DNA from: Entomortierella parvispora E1425 | Lineage: Eukaryota > Fungi > Mortierellomycota | DNA: 64,000 nt | Assembly (NCBI GenBank): GCA_020891255.1 | Contig: BQFW01000002.1 | Location: 124,001 to 188,000, forward strand | Direction of reading: 5' to 3' | Shown here: positions 13,474 to 23,361 of the stretch, one piece after another | Layout: every line of letters starts with the position of its first letter | Numbering within the stretch: the stretch's first letter is position 1 | Program-made: the position numbers and the translations under genes | Notes under the pieces: model-generated | The model's input: only the letters and a program-made list of their open reading frames with translations | Told to the model about the DNA's origin: nothing | Database searches by the model: none

Positions 13474-14036
13474 TTACTTCTTGTCCAAAAGATCCTTGGC
13501 CTCGTTGATCTTTGAGGCAAGGAAAGGCGAGCCACCACGATCGGGATGGTTCAACAACATGATGCGACGATGGGCCTCCTTGAGCTTGGACTGGTTCAAT
13601 CCTGTCTCCCTATAGAATTGTAAAAAAAAAGAGAGAGAAAGAGAGAAAAACATGGGGTCAAAATCGCTGACCCAGCAAATGTCGTCTTTGAGATATGGGT
13701 GTGTCGCTGTGGGGGAAAGAACGGGGTGCCTTACTTGAGACCGAGGATGAGGGCGGCCTCACGTCTGTCCATCTTTGCATCAAATCCTCCCTTGTAGTAG
13801 GCTCCAGAGCCGATGGTTCCGGGCCGGGGAATAGCGGCCATGATCTTTGCACCATGCAACTCCCAGGTGCGAAGAGCAATCTTTGTGCCATAGGCAGCTC
13901 CGGCAATTCCGACTCCAATGAAAAATGGCGTTGACTACATGAAAAGAAGGAGGGAGGACACCATTTAGTCTTGTAGTCTGTTGAAAAGTGAGACAAAGTG
14001 AGAAGGTGATGCCTTCTTCTTCTATGAACCTACCAT
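13474..14036 (-). CDS. PAM18: Mitochondrial import motor J-protein Pam18/Tim14
   Basis: ATG|gtaggt first exon; exon 2 [16 protein letters not shown]...[21 protein letters not shown]; exon 3 [44 protein letters not shown] (HPD motif). Confidence 0.95.
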
Positions 14037-15474
14037 GATGGACAGGGATGTGAGTGATGAGGTTGATTAGATCAAGAATTCATGTTGCGATTTCGAAGCA
14101 GTTTCGGGCTTCGCTATTGGTCAAGGGTGGCTTAGATTAGTTTTCACGACGATTCACAAAAATCACAATTTCACATGCGACCTTTGCAAAAAAAAAAAAA
14201 AAAAAAAAAAATAGCGACCTACCCGGAGCAAAACCTGTAGAGACGAAAAGAGAGGTGATCAACGTGTTAGAAAGACTTGAAGCATGTCGCTTGTAGCATG
14301 TCGCTTGCCTTTGCCTTTTGAACAAGAACTTTTTCTTACCCAGTTCTACTATAAGGTAGATTACGCGAGTTTGTTAGTATCGCTGAGGGGTGAGGATGCT
14401 GATCCTGCTGTTGGATCTATTGTGATAATTGCGAAAAGTGGTCAACCATGGTGACAGTGAGTATCAAGTGCGTTGGATGACTCGAGGCAGTTGCTGCATC
14501 TACCTTGCTGCTGCTGCTGCTGTCGCCTGGGTGCAGAAGAAGATGACGCTGAGGCTGAGGTTGATCTAGCGGCCGGCGATGGGGTAGAGGGCGATGCCGA
14601 GAAGGCCAAGCCTACGTGAGAGGATGAATATACATCCATGTTAGAAAGTGGTCTCGCTTTTTGAACGCTCCCATGGACTTGCCTGTTTGCTGCCCTGCTT
14701 GCGGGTGAATGGACTGGCCACGGCGAATGGGACCTGTTGCGATGGACAGTCAAAGAAATGGTCGGCGCCTGTGTTAGATAACGAATGGATATGTTTGTGG
14801 AGCAATTGGGCGATTCACTCACCTCCTGTGGATGATCCTGCTTCGGCTTGCCTTCCTCGCACTGACTCTGCGTAGGACCACAACCGCATGGGTGGTCTCT
14901 GTGCCCCGGTCTGTGGCTGACTCCGTGTCTGCTGTCGTGTTTGGGGTTGCATCCGTGGACGAGCTTGCGAACTTGACGCTGATGCTGGTCCTTGCCGTGC
15001 CTGTGCCTGTGCCACTCCCACTGCTGCAATGGCAGCATAGCTTTGTCTTTGTGATGACTGAGTGGGTGAAAGAAACGACCTTTGCTCTGGTGTCCATGAC
15101 GCCTGGGCCTGTGTCTGGGCCTGAGCCTGACTGTGCGTTTGCAAACCCAGAGCTGAACTTGTCCATGATCCTTGCGGTATCTGTGCCAGTGTCTGCGGTG
15201 CCGTCCTCTTTGCAGCAGGACGAGTGCGTCGCTTCTTTGGTGGAGGGCCTTCTGCCTGCACTTGCGTAGAACTTGACCCTGCAGCTGACCCTGAGCCAAG
15301 CTGGGCTAGAGTCTGTGCTTGCCTCTGCTTTTGGGCGTCCTTTCGGCTCAACTTCGGTGTCTGCAGAGTGCCTGAGAAAATACAATGTGAAATGTGGTCA
15401 AGAGGACGTCAAGAGGACATTCAGCAGCACATGGTCTATAACCTATAAAAGCACGAGCAGCAGAGTTGCCTTAC

Positions 15475-17167
15475 CTGGCGGCGACGCTGGTGGTGGAGGA
15501 GGTGGTGGTGCGCTTGAACTGCTCGAACTGGCAATGTCTGGCTGATCACCAGATTCACCACGGCGAATGATTTTGTTGGCTGGCACACCAGGTGGAAGGT
15601 TGGGTCCATACCTTTGGTCAAAGACAAATTTCTCGTCCTTTGTGATTGGCAAAAGGTAGGCAGGGCGCGAGAGGTGGTCCAGGTAGTACCTGGTCGCTAC
15701 GACCATGTTGGAAGCAGCAAGAAGATCCCGGTGGAACCATGTCCCACAGCGGACACAATGGGCACGGCGTATTCCTATATAGCCCACAAAGTCCTGCTCG
15801 GAGATGCCGCTGCTCTGACACTTTGGGCAACGGCGGGAGGTATAATACTCTGGCAAACCAACAATGATGTAGCCAAGTCTTCGGGCCTAGTTGCAATGGT
15901 TGTAGACATGAATCGTGGAACAACTGTTAGTCTCTTGTTCCTGTTGACTGGACCTTGACAGATCCGAAAAAAAAAAAAAAAAAAAAAAAGGTGAAAGAAA
16001 AAAAATTACCCGTGGCACAAAGTGGTCCAGAAACGTGTTGTGCTTGGACATCTCGTAGCCCTTTGACACTGACGAGAACCCACGCTTCCCGTCCTGCCCG
16101 ATGGAAATTACTCCCCTCGGTCTGGGCTGACCATCCTCTTGCACGCGCAGATGTGTCCCCATGGCTGTTAAGATATGGTTGGTCAGAATGTCTAGCTCTG
16201 CCGTTGTCGCACGCTTCGTTTGTGCCTCACTCTTTTGATGTCGATGGCCTTTGTTGTAGAACGAAGAGAGTAAATGGTACTCTGGGGTCAACTTTTCCTG
16301 GATCCGTCCCTTTGGGTTGTTGTCCATCGACTCTAGCCTTGTTTCATACATTGCTATGGCCTGACCAGTCGTGGTCATTCCTGGAGTGAACTTGCGTGGT
16401 GGGATCAACTTGGCGCTCTCTCCAACCGGGATGTCAATGATGGTGTTGTTCTTCAATCTGTTGACTTCGCTCCGACGTCGATTGGACGGTTGGTACACTG
16501 CCCTTGTCTTTGCACTGATCGTATAGATAAAGTCGTCACTGTCATAGCGCTTGCAGGCAAATCCGACCATAAACTCCTTGCCAAGGTCAATCGCGCCAAT
16601 GTCCACCCTGGTTGTGTCTGGAAACATTGCCGTCAGTGATTCCTGGCTAGGGACGGCTGTTGACAAGTTTGGTAGCAACTTTCGATTATCAGGGGAGAGG
16701 ACATGTCTCCTGCGGAACCCTCCCCCCTCCTCGAATATCTCTGTGATAAATCGTTGTTGCTTCCGAATCCGGAGATCAACAGTTGAGAGGTAGGCGTGGG
16801 ACCCATTGGTGACGATCGATCCTCTGTGTAGATACGACGGCAAAAAGTTTTTTGGTTGTCCGCGCACCAGGTTGGTAGCATCTGGTATCCTCCGCTGTGC
16901 CATCAAGAACTCGCTCGAGCTAACACTCTTGTCCGAGGCATCATTTACCAGGTATGCTCTCAGATCAGACATCTCTTGGATCGTGGCAGTGGTGACCTTG
17001 TCTTTGTCTCCCTTGCCGAGGGGTGTCACCAGCTTTGTGAGGAGCCAACCGGGAGGTAATTCGTTGAGTTCTAGCTTGAAGTTCTGTTGGGTGGATGCAG
17101 GAAGGCCTTGGAGGGTCTTTTTCGGCGTTCCGTATAACCATGATAAAGTTGAATATATCCCAAACAT
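15475..17167 (-). CDS. Fanzor/TnpB-type RuvC nuclease with zinc finger (spliced)
   Basis: RuvC-I GAIDLG (Asp codon 16588-16586). The intron 16009-15887 (GTAATT...gactaac...TAG) joins FVPR|ARRLGYIIVGLPEYYTSRRCPKC (Glu 15850-15848). Then CVRCGTWFHRDLLAASNM (Asp 15727-15725). Confidence 0.88.
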
Positions 17168-19401
17168 ACTGGAAATGGTTCCAAAGGTCCAGCTCGCTTA
17201 GCCTGATGTAGCCGTTCCTTATGGGGGACTGAGGAAGACTCGTCGCAATGCCGGCCGCCTGATCAATAAAATACCTCCGCAACTGACATGCTAAACGGAT
17301 GCCCAGTTGAGCCACAATACCGCCTTCCAGGTACACATTTCTCGACCCTTTAGCCTGAATCCCAGTCAAGACGAGGAGCGTGGACTCGTCAAAGTTGGTA
17401 TTAACTTTGGAGTATAACGAGCGAATATCTTCAATGAGGTGGCGGTTGGTGTTTCCCTGACCAATTTCAAATTGGTGTCGAAAATACCTGAGCAGAGACA
17501 ACATGAAGCCACCATTGTCCCCCTTCATTCCCGATTCATCCTCAGTGTCTCCCTCGTCGTCGTCACCGTCCCCAGTGTTGTCCTCGTCAGGAGCATCGTC
17601 GTTCTCCTCGAGTTCATCATCCTCATAATCCACGTTGACCTCATCATCAGAGTCCATGTCCTCCTTGGGACTCGAGACAGGAGCGGGAGCAGGCGAATCA
17701 ATGTCCATGTCCATGGGGCCAAGGCTGGACGTGTCAATATCCATATCGGAAAGACCAACAGCAAGTGCGTCAACGTCCATACCGGTTGGACCGGACCCGG
17801 GAGTGTCAGCACTTTTCGTCTTGCTGCCCCTGCGACGACGCGAGCCCTTTTTCTTTTCGATATTCGCCAGCCTCTTCTTGCCTGCATTGTTGATAATGCT
17901 ATCGACGTCGGCATTGGCAATCGCAGTAGCGGCGGCGGCGTCGGCGGCTGCCAAAGCAGTGGCGACATCAGTGTTGGTAGGATCAGCTTCGGCAGCAGTG
18001 CGAGCAATACTGGCCGCGGCTTTGGCAGCTTCAGCAGCGTCCCTCAATTTCTTTGGCAGAAACAAAGCTTCCTTCAAGGGCCGCAAATCCTTGGTGTCGG
18101 TGATGAACAACCCAACGGCATCCTGCCCATGGCGCAACAGCTCGTTGGCGACCCGTGCAATGCGCCGCATGGTCTTGACAACTGCCAGTCTGACGTCGTT
18201 TTGGGTCAACTTCCTTAAGGTGTTGTACTTTGTTTTGTTTGAGTGCTCAGCCAACCATGATGCGCTGATCGCCTTTTCAATATTGCTTCCCAGCTGGCCC
18301 ATGTTCAGTGTTTTGCATGCGTGACGACCAGTCAGACTTTTGAGAAAGAACGATTTTCTCAAGGCGCGGTTGTTGGGTGGAGTGGCCGGCTTGGGTGCCT
18401 TTGGAGTCTTTGGAGTCTGCCCAGACTTTCTTGTCGTCTTCTTTTGGCTCTGCTTGGGCTTGGTCTCGGGCTTGGTCCTTGCCTCGGGGTTCTCGGGGTC
18501 TTTGTTTTTTTTGCCATAGTCTGGATCGAATGGCTTGAATGGCTTGAATTCCAGATCCTTTGGCGGATCCCCCAAGGTCGCATTGACCTGCGTGCCTGCA
18601 CCTCCGACACAGTGAACTTTGATGGCAAACTGTTTGGAAGGCATCTTGTGAAATCCTTTGCTCTTGTACTCGGCTTTGCAGCGCCCAGCACGAATGGCCA
18701 AGTTGTCATCACGTGTCAATCGGCGTGCGTTGACACTTTGGCGATGGAGATGTTGACGTGCTTGACGCTCTTGACGTGCTGGATCGGGTGTCGCACTGTC
18801 ATCCGGCTTGGGAGAATAGCCTGGGTGTGACGGGTCATCGAGGCGCGGGCACTGAACAGTCTTGAAGCGGTTGTACCTCTTTCTCTTGTACTTTTCTACG
18901 CTTGTTCTATTTGCGATCAAAGGTGTCAATGTAGAAAGAAGTGTCAGCAAGATGAGGTTTTCAATCGTGGCTCTGTCTGTATTTGTTCTGACATGATGAC
19001 TTACTGCTGTGTCGACTTTTCCTTTCGGCTTTTGAGTACCTGGCGGCGAATCTTGCCGGCCGCAAGCATGCGCTTCTTCAGGTCGATGACTTTATCTCGC
19101 GTCTGATTCTCCAAGTTTGCTCTTGTGAGCTTTACGTCGTCACTGAGTGGAGTCTCTACGCCATCGATGAATATCCTCTTGGAAGACGCTCGTTGGTTTT
19201 CCTTCATCTCGACATCCGAGCCTCCTTGACATCCTTGTGTTCGTAGTAATTGTCCAAGATCTTGAGCGCAGCGTCCTTCACAGGAATGCCGTCCACAATG
19301 ATGTCTAACAGAAGGTTGCACGGAGAGTGATTAGTTATTTTGCTTGATGTGATCTCTAGCTTGATGTTTGGTAGAACAAAAAAATAGCCTTGGCTACTTA
19401 C

Positions 19402-20311
19402 CTTTTGAGCAAGACTTGATGATACGCGAATTGGTGACAATACCAAACCCAGCAAGGTTCGCGTTATAGTCCGTTTTGGACACACAGCCCAGAACTGTGA
19501 ACTGAGCCCGTGTCCGCTCCGACTTTGCCAAGAGCTCATCAACATTGTACTGGATATACTTCTTGCCAGAAGGCCGCAGAAGGATCGGAATCGACGGATG
19601 GATGGCATAGTCACAGTCGTTGCCGACTACAACAAACTTTGTCTTTGCGATAACCAGCTCCTTGGCTCGACGAACAATTGCGAGGTCGGCCTCACCGTCG
19701 ACCAGCTTGACGTACTTCTGGGCGGCGGTATCGAAATGCTGCTTCAGCTGGTGATAGTTCAGAGTTTCTAAACCAACGTTAACCTCATCTCTGATGCGTC
19801 GTCTCGCCTGCACATGGCGCGGATATTGTTCTAGTGTCCGTCCAAGCTGATAGTCATTCATGAAACGATCCGCCAATTGTGATGCCATCTGCTTGCTAAG
19901 CTTGTCCTTAAAGTCGTAGGTGAGGGATGTGCAAGACCTTAATAGCTTTGTGCAGGTCCTGTAGTCGGTCTTGTTGGTACTCTTTCCGACGGCAGCTCTA
20001 TCCTCCATCTCTTTAACAATGGATTCCGCACTGTCTAGATCGGCCTGGTTGTCACGTCGCGCCATGCTTGTTGCATGCTTCTCTTTGTTGCCATGGCCGT
20101 CGATAAAGAACTCGACATTGGGAGTATTGAACTTGTTCAGGATCCAAATGGCCACGAATTCTTCTGGCTTGCCCATCTTGCTGTTGTAGACCGAGCGAAC
20201 GAGAAATGGGTAAAACGAACCGACATCGACGAGGATCTTGCAGTCTGGCAGATCGACTTTGGGGAGCTCCTTTGCTGTACCAACGACCGCCAAAAGGCCA
20301 GGGCCACCCAT
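19402..20311 (-). CDS. FEN1/XPG (Rad2)-family PIN-fold 5' nuclease domain with H3TH (exon 1 of the locus)
   Basis: MGGPGL start (family MG..GL), ILVDVGS, FFIDG...KEK, DGEADLAI, VGNDCDY, and H3TH-like LGCVSKTDYNANLAGFG. Confidence 0.8.
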
Positions 20312-21191
20312 TTTAGAAGAGCGACGCTGTGGTAAAAAAAAAAAGCCTTTCTGATCAGATTCTTGCACCCTTGATATGAACAACGTCAAGGGGCTACTCA
20401 TTCGCACTTGCTTCACAGTACCTGGTGTTGGCAGCAAACGAGGGTGGTAGCTTGGAGTAGACTTTTTCAAAGGGTCGAGGGCGGGCAGCGAGATGGCGGA
20501 GAGGTGCTATGACAGAAACCGTGTGAGTGTATTGCTCCCTTACACCGGATTAAAGCAGGCAAACAGCGCGAGTAAAGCCTACCTTTGCACGGCGTCGAGA
20601 CAATATCTTTGTAGGGAGATACGTGAGGGGAGAGTCTTGGGAGAAGGGGCGTGGATGGTTGCGGATGGCGAAGCGTTGGAAGGGTGTATCAAGAGTGCAC
20701 GTCGAAGAGAGAGTAGGAATGAGAAAGGGAAAAAAAGAGGCAAAATAATAACCAAGGTGGGGTACGATGATGGATGATGATGGATGTTGATATCCGCGTA
20801 GTCATCAGTAAAAGTGGACCACACCCCGCTGGCCCGTTTCCACAACCAGGTATCGTTTTCTTTGAGGGCATGTTGGCCAGATAGAAAACAGCAGACATAC
20901 GCTGCGCCATCACCACCGGTATCATGTATGAGGGTTGCTCCCAGCTGGATATTGACAAGGGGCCCCCTTCACTCAGATAAACCAAACGGGGTGCAACAAA
21001 GGATGCATTCACTCAACGCTGTGAAATGATTCACAGGTGTTCAATATTTTCAAAACAGTGACTGTAGATTGTCCTGGGCAAATAAGTACACCAAGCAGTT
21101 TCTGAAATATCACGTGATACAAAGCTCAATATTTATTAAAACGATTGGTGGCACAATGTTTGATCCTTCTCTTTTTTTCTAAGTCACGAAG

Positions 21192-22840
21192 ATGGTTCGT
21201 ACTCTGTCGATGATCGGGTCAAAATCCAGTCAATTGGGATCTACCCTTCAGGAATCCATCCATCCATCCATCTCGACTTGGAGGCGGGAGTCAACCATCC
21301 AACCATGGAATCGATCGATCGCCTGACTGATTGTGTCTTGGCAACAAACACACAAACAGTCTTGCTCATCGCCCATATTTCTCAAAGGATCAACTTCATG
21401 TCGTTTTCGCCATGATCCATTCCAGTTTTGTCAGATCACTTGACTGGATGGCCAAAGCAGTTCGGATGAGTCACTTTCAACCTGTACTCTCGAAAGTGCA
21501 CCTTTTCTGGATTCGATTCTCACTGTCGCTCCACCTCGGCATCATCTGGATGGACTCTTGGGAACATCGCTTTCAACCTTTCAACCTGATCTGCCAGTGA
21601 ACGATGAAGGAATCTAACCAAGAATATCCCATCACCCCTCAACCCTCTAGCCTTTCATTAAGCTCCAGAAGAACAAGGCTTACTACAAGCGTTTCCAGGT
21701 CAAGTACCGCAGACGCAGAGGTAAGATAACCAACTTCCCGACATCTTTTTTCTTTCTTTTTTCTCTTCTGTTTGGGCTTGCCTTCCCAGGCTTGCAATTC
21801 GGATCCCAGAAAACACAGTGTCCTTTACCTGATGATTACATAGTTCACCCGACAGTGAACCGGTTGGCGCCGGCACTCATGGGGAACAATTAAGCACATC
21901 TTTCGCTCCTATCTGAACTGTACACTTTTTTCCTTCCACTTTTCAAATCCTTGAGAACAATTGAAAGAAAGAAAAGAAAACTAACAGAAAACAAAAACTC
22001 GATCTTTGATCAATAGAGGGTAAGACCGACTACTACGCTCGCAAGCGTCTCGTCGTTCAGGCCAAGAACAAGTACAACTCCCCCAAGTACCGTCTTGTTG
22101 TTCGCTTCACCAACGCTGACATTGTCTGCCAGGTCGTCTACGCCAAGCTCCAGGGTGACTTTGTTCTTGCCTCCGCTTACGCTCACGAGCTCCCCAAGTA
22201 CGGAGTCAAGGGAGGTTTGACCAACTGGGCTGCTGCCTACTGCACTGGTCTCCTCGTTGCCCGTCGTGTCTTGACCAAGCTCGGTCTCGCTGACAAGTAC
22301 GAGGGTGTCTCTGAGCCCGATGGTACCATCTCCATGACCGAGGCTGTTGAGGATGCTCCCCGTCCCTTCAAGTGCTTCTTGGATGTCGGTTTGAAGCGCA
22401 CCTCTACTGGATCCCGTGTCTTTGCTGCCATGAAGGGAGCCTCCGATGGTGGTGTCTTCATCCCCCACGGTGAGAACCGTTTCCCCGGTTACGATGCCGA
22501 GGCCAAGGAGTTGGATGCCGAGGTCTTGCGCTCGTACATCTATGGTGGTCACGTTGCCGACTACATGCGTTACCTCGAGGAGGATGACGATGACAAGTAC
22601 AAGAAGCAGTTCTCCAAGTTCTTGGCTGCCGGTCTTGATGCCGATGACCTCGAGGAGATGTACCAGGAGGCCCACAACGCCATCCGTGCTGACCCTACTC
22701 ACGTCCCCACCGAGAAGAAGAAGCCCGCTGCCGGCGAGAAGGCCTACAACCTCAAGGCCCGTCTCACCTACAAGCAGCGCAAGAACAAGATCCAGCAGAA
22801 GGTCAAGGCCTTCAACGCCAAGAACGGTATCTCTGCTTAA
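21192..22840 (+). CDS. RPL5: 60S ribosomal protein L5 (uL18)
   Basis: ATG|gttcgt first exon; exon 2 (21651-21720) [23 protein letters not shown]; exon 3 from 22017 [12 protein letters not shown]...[16 protein letters not shown]; strongly biased codon usage. Confidence 0.97.
21825..21921 (+). ncRNA. Intronic box C/D snoRNA, snR60/SNORD80-like dual guide for LSU rRNA 2'-O-methylation
   Basis: C box CTGATGA 21829-21835. Guide CATAGTTCAC 21839-21848 followed by D' CCGA. Guide TCTTTCGCTCCTAT 21899-21912 followed by D box CTGA 21913-21916. The guides are complementary to the conserved LSU rRNA motifs GUGAACUAUG and AUAGGGGCGAAAGA (one G-U pair); those rRNA sequences are recalled from memory. Confidence 0.85.
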
Positions 22841-23361
22841 ATGTAGAATCGCGCCTTTTCTTTGCACTGGAGCCTTACGCATCTTGTCTCTGTTACGATG
22901 GATTCAAACCCAATAAAAAAAACAAAACAAATACGTTTTTTTTGTCCATACTTTTTGAATGATTAAATGTTTTAACATGCATGCCTTTTTTTCCGAGTTC
23001 TCACCAAATAGCGAACCTCTGTTCAAATAGAAGTACATCTCATTCTTCACGAAAATGGTCAAAAAAACGCTGTGAAACTTTTCGTGTTTTCGCAACTGAG
23101 GCACCATCCATCTCCTTTCCAACATCATGTTGAACCGCTGCAAAATTATAAGATTTCAAATTTAATCGTGTGCATTTTTAGGATGACTGCGAGTGAGAGA
23201 ATGATGTGGTGGCGGGAGGGAGGGGGAGTCAAGGGGGGGTTTCTATGTGGGAGGTGAGGAGGGAGACATCGTTATCCGGAGTTGGGTGAGTTTTTGTTCT
23301 TTTGCTTCAATGACGATCGCACTAAGGGGGGGAGAGATATTGTTGGCTGGGTATCGATCGT

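Larger units (their letters stand above)
14361..20311 (-). mobile_element. Spliced FEN1/XPG-like nuclease + Fanzor (TnpB-like RuvC) gene with two frame breaks; probably transposon-derived
   Basis: Hand-built exons: 20311-19402, 19304-19005, 18906-16010, 15886-15475, 15371-14823, 14733-14683, 14611-14504, 14416-14361. Splice phases close arithmetically (~1750 codons) once the two frame breaks are corrected. The element ends were not identified. Confidence 0.78.

Noticed and set aside
14345-14360. Hairpin TCTAC-N6-GTAGA resembling the Cas12a crRNA repeat stem
   Set aside because: Single copy, no array or spacers, eukaryotic context, and a 5-bp stem arises easily by chance. Kept only as a candidate omega-RNA element.
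14340-14360. Helitron-like 3' end (hairpin + CTRR)
   Set aside because: The hairpin is too short and too close to CTGG, there is no A/T insertion context, and no Rep/helicase is present.
14151-21035. 8-bp direct repeat GATTCACA as a proven target-site duplication
   Set aside because: About one 8-mer match is expected by chance between two few-hundred-bp windows, and the putative inverted repeats are not flush with it.
22010-22882. 290-aa antisense ORF over RPL5 (similar ones over eIF3d, QCR2, PSD2 and the GSTs)
   Set aside because: Shadow frames caused by strong codon bias on the coding strand; no recognisable motifs.
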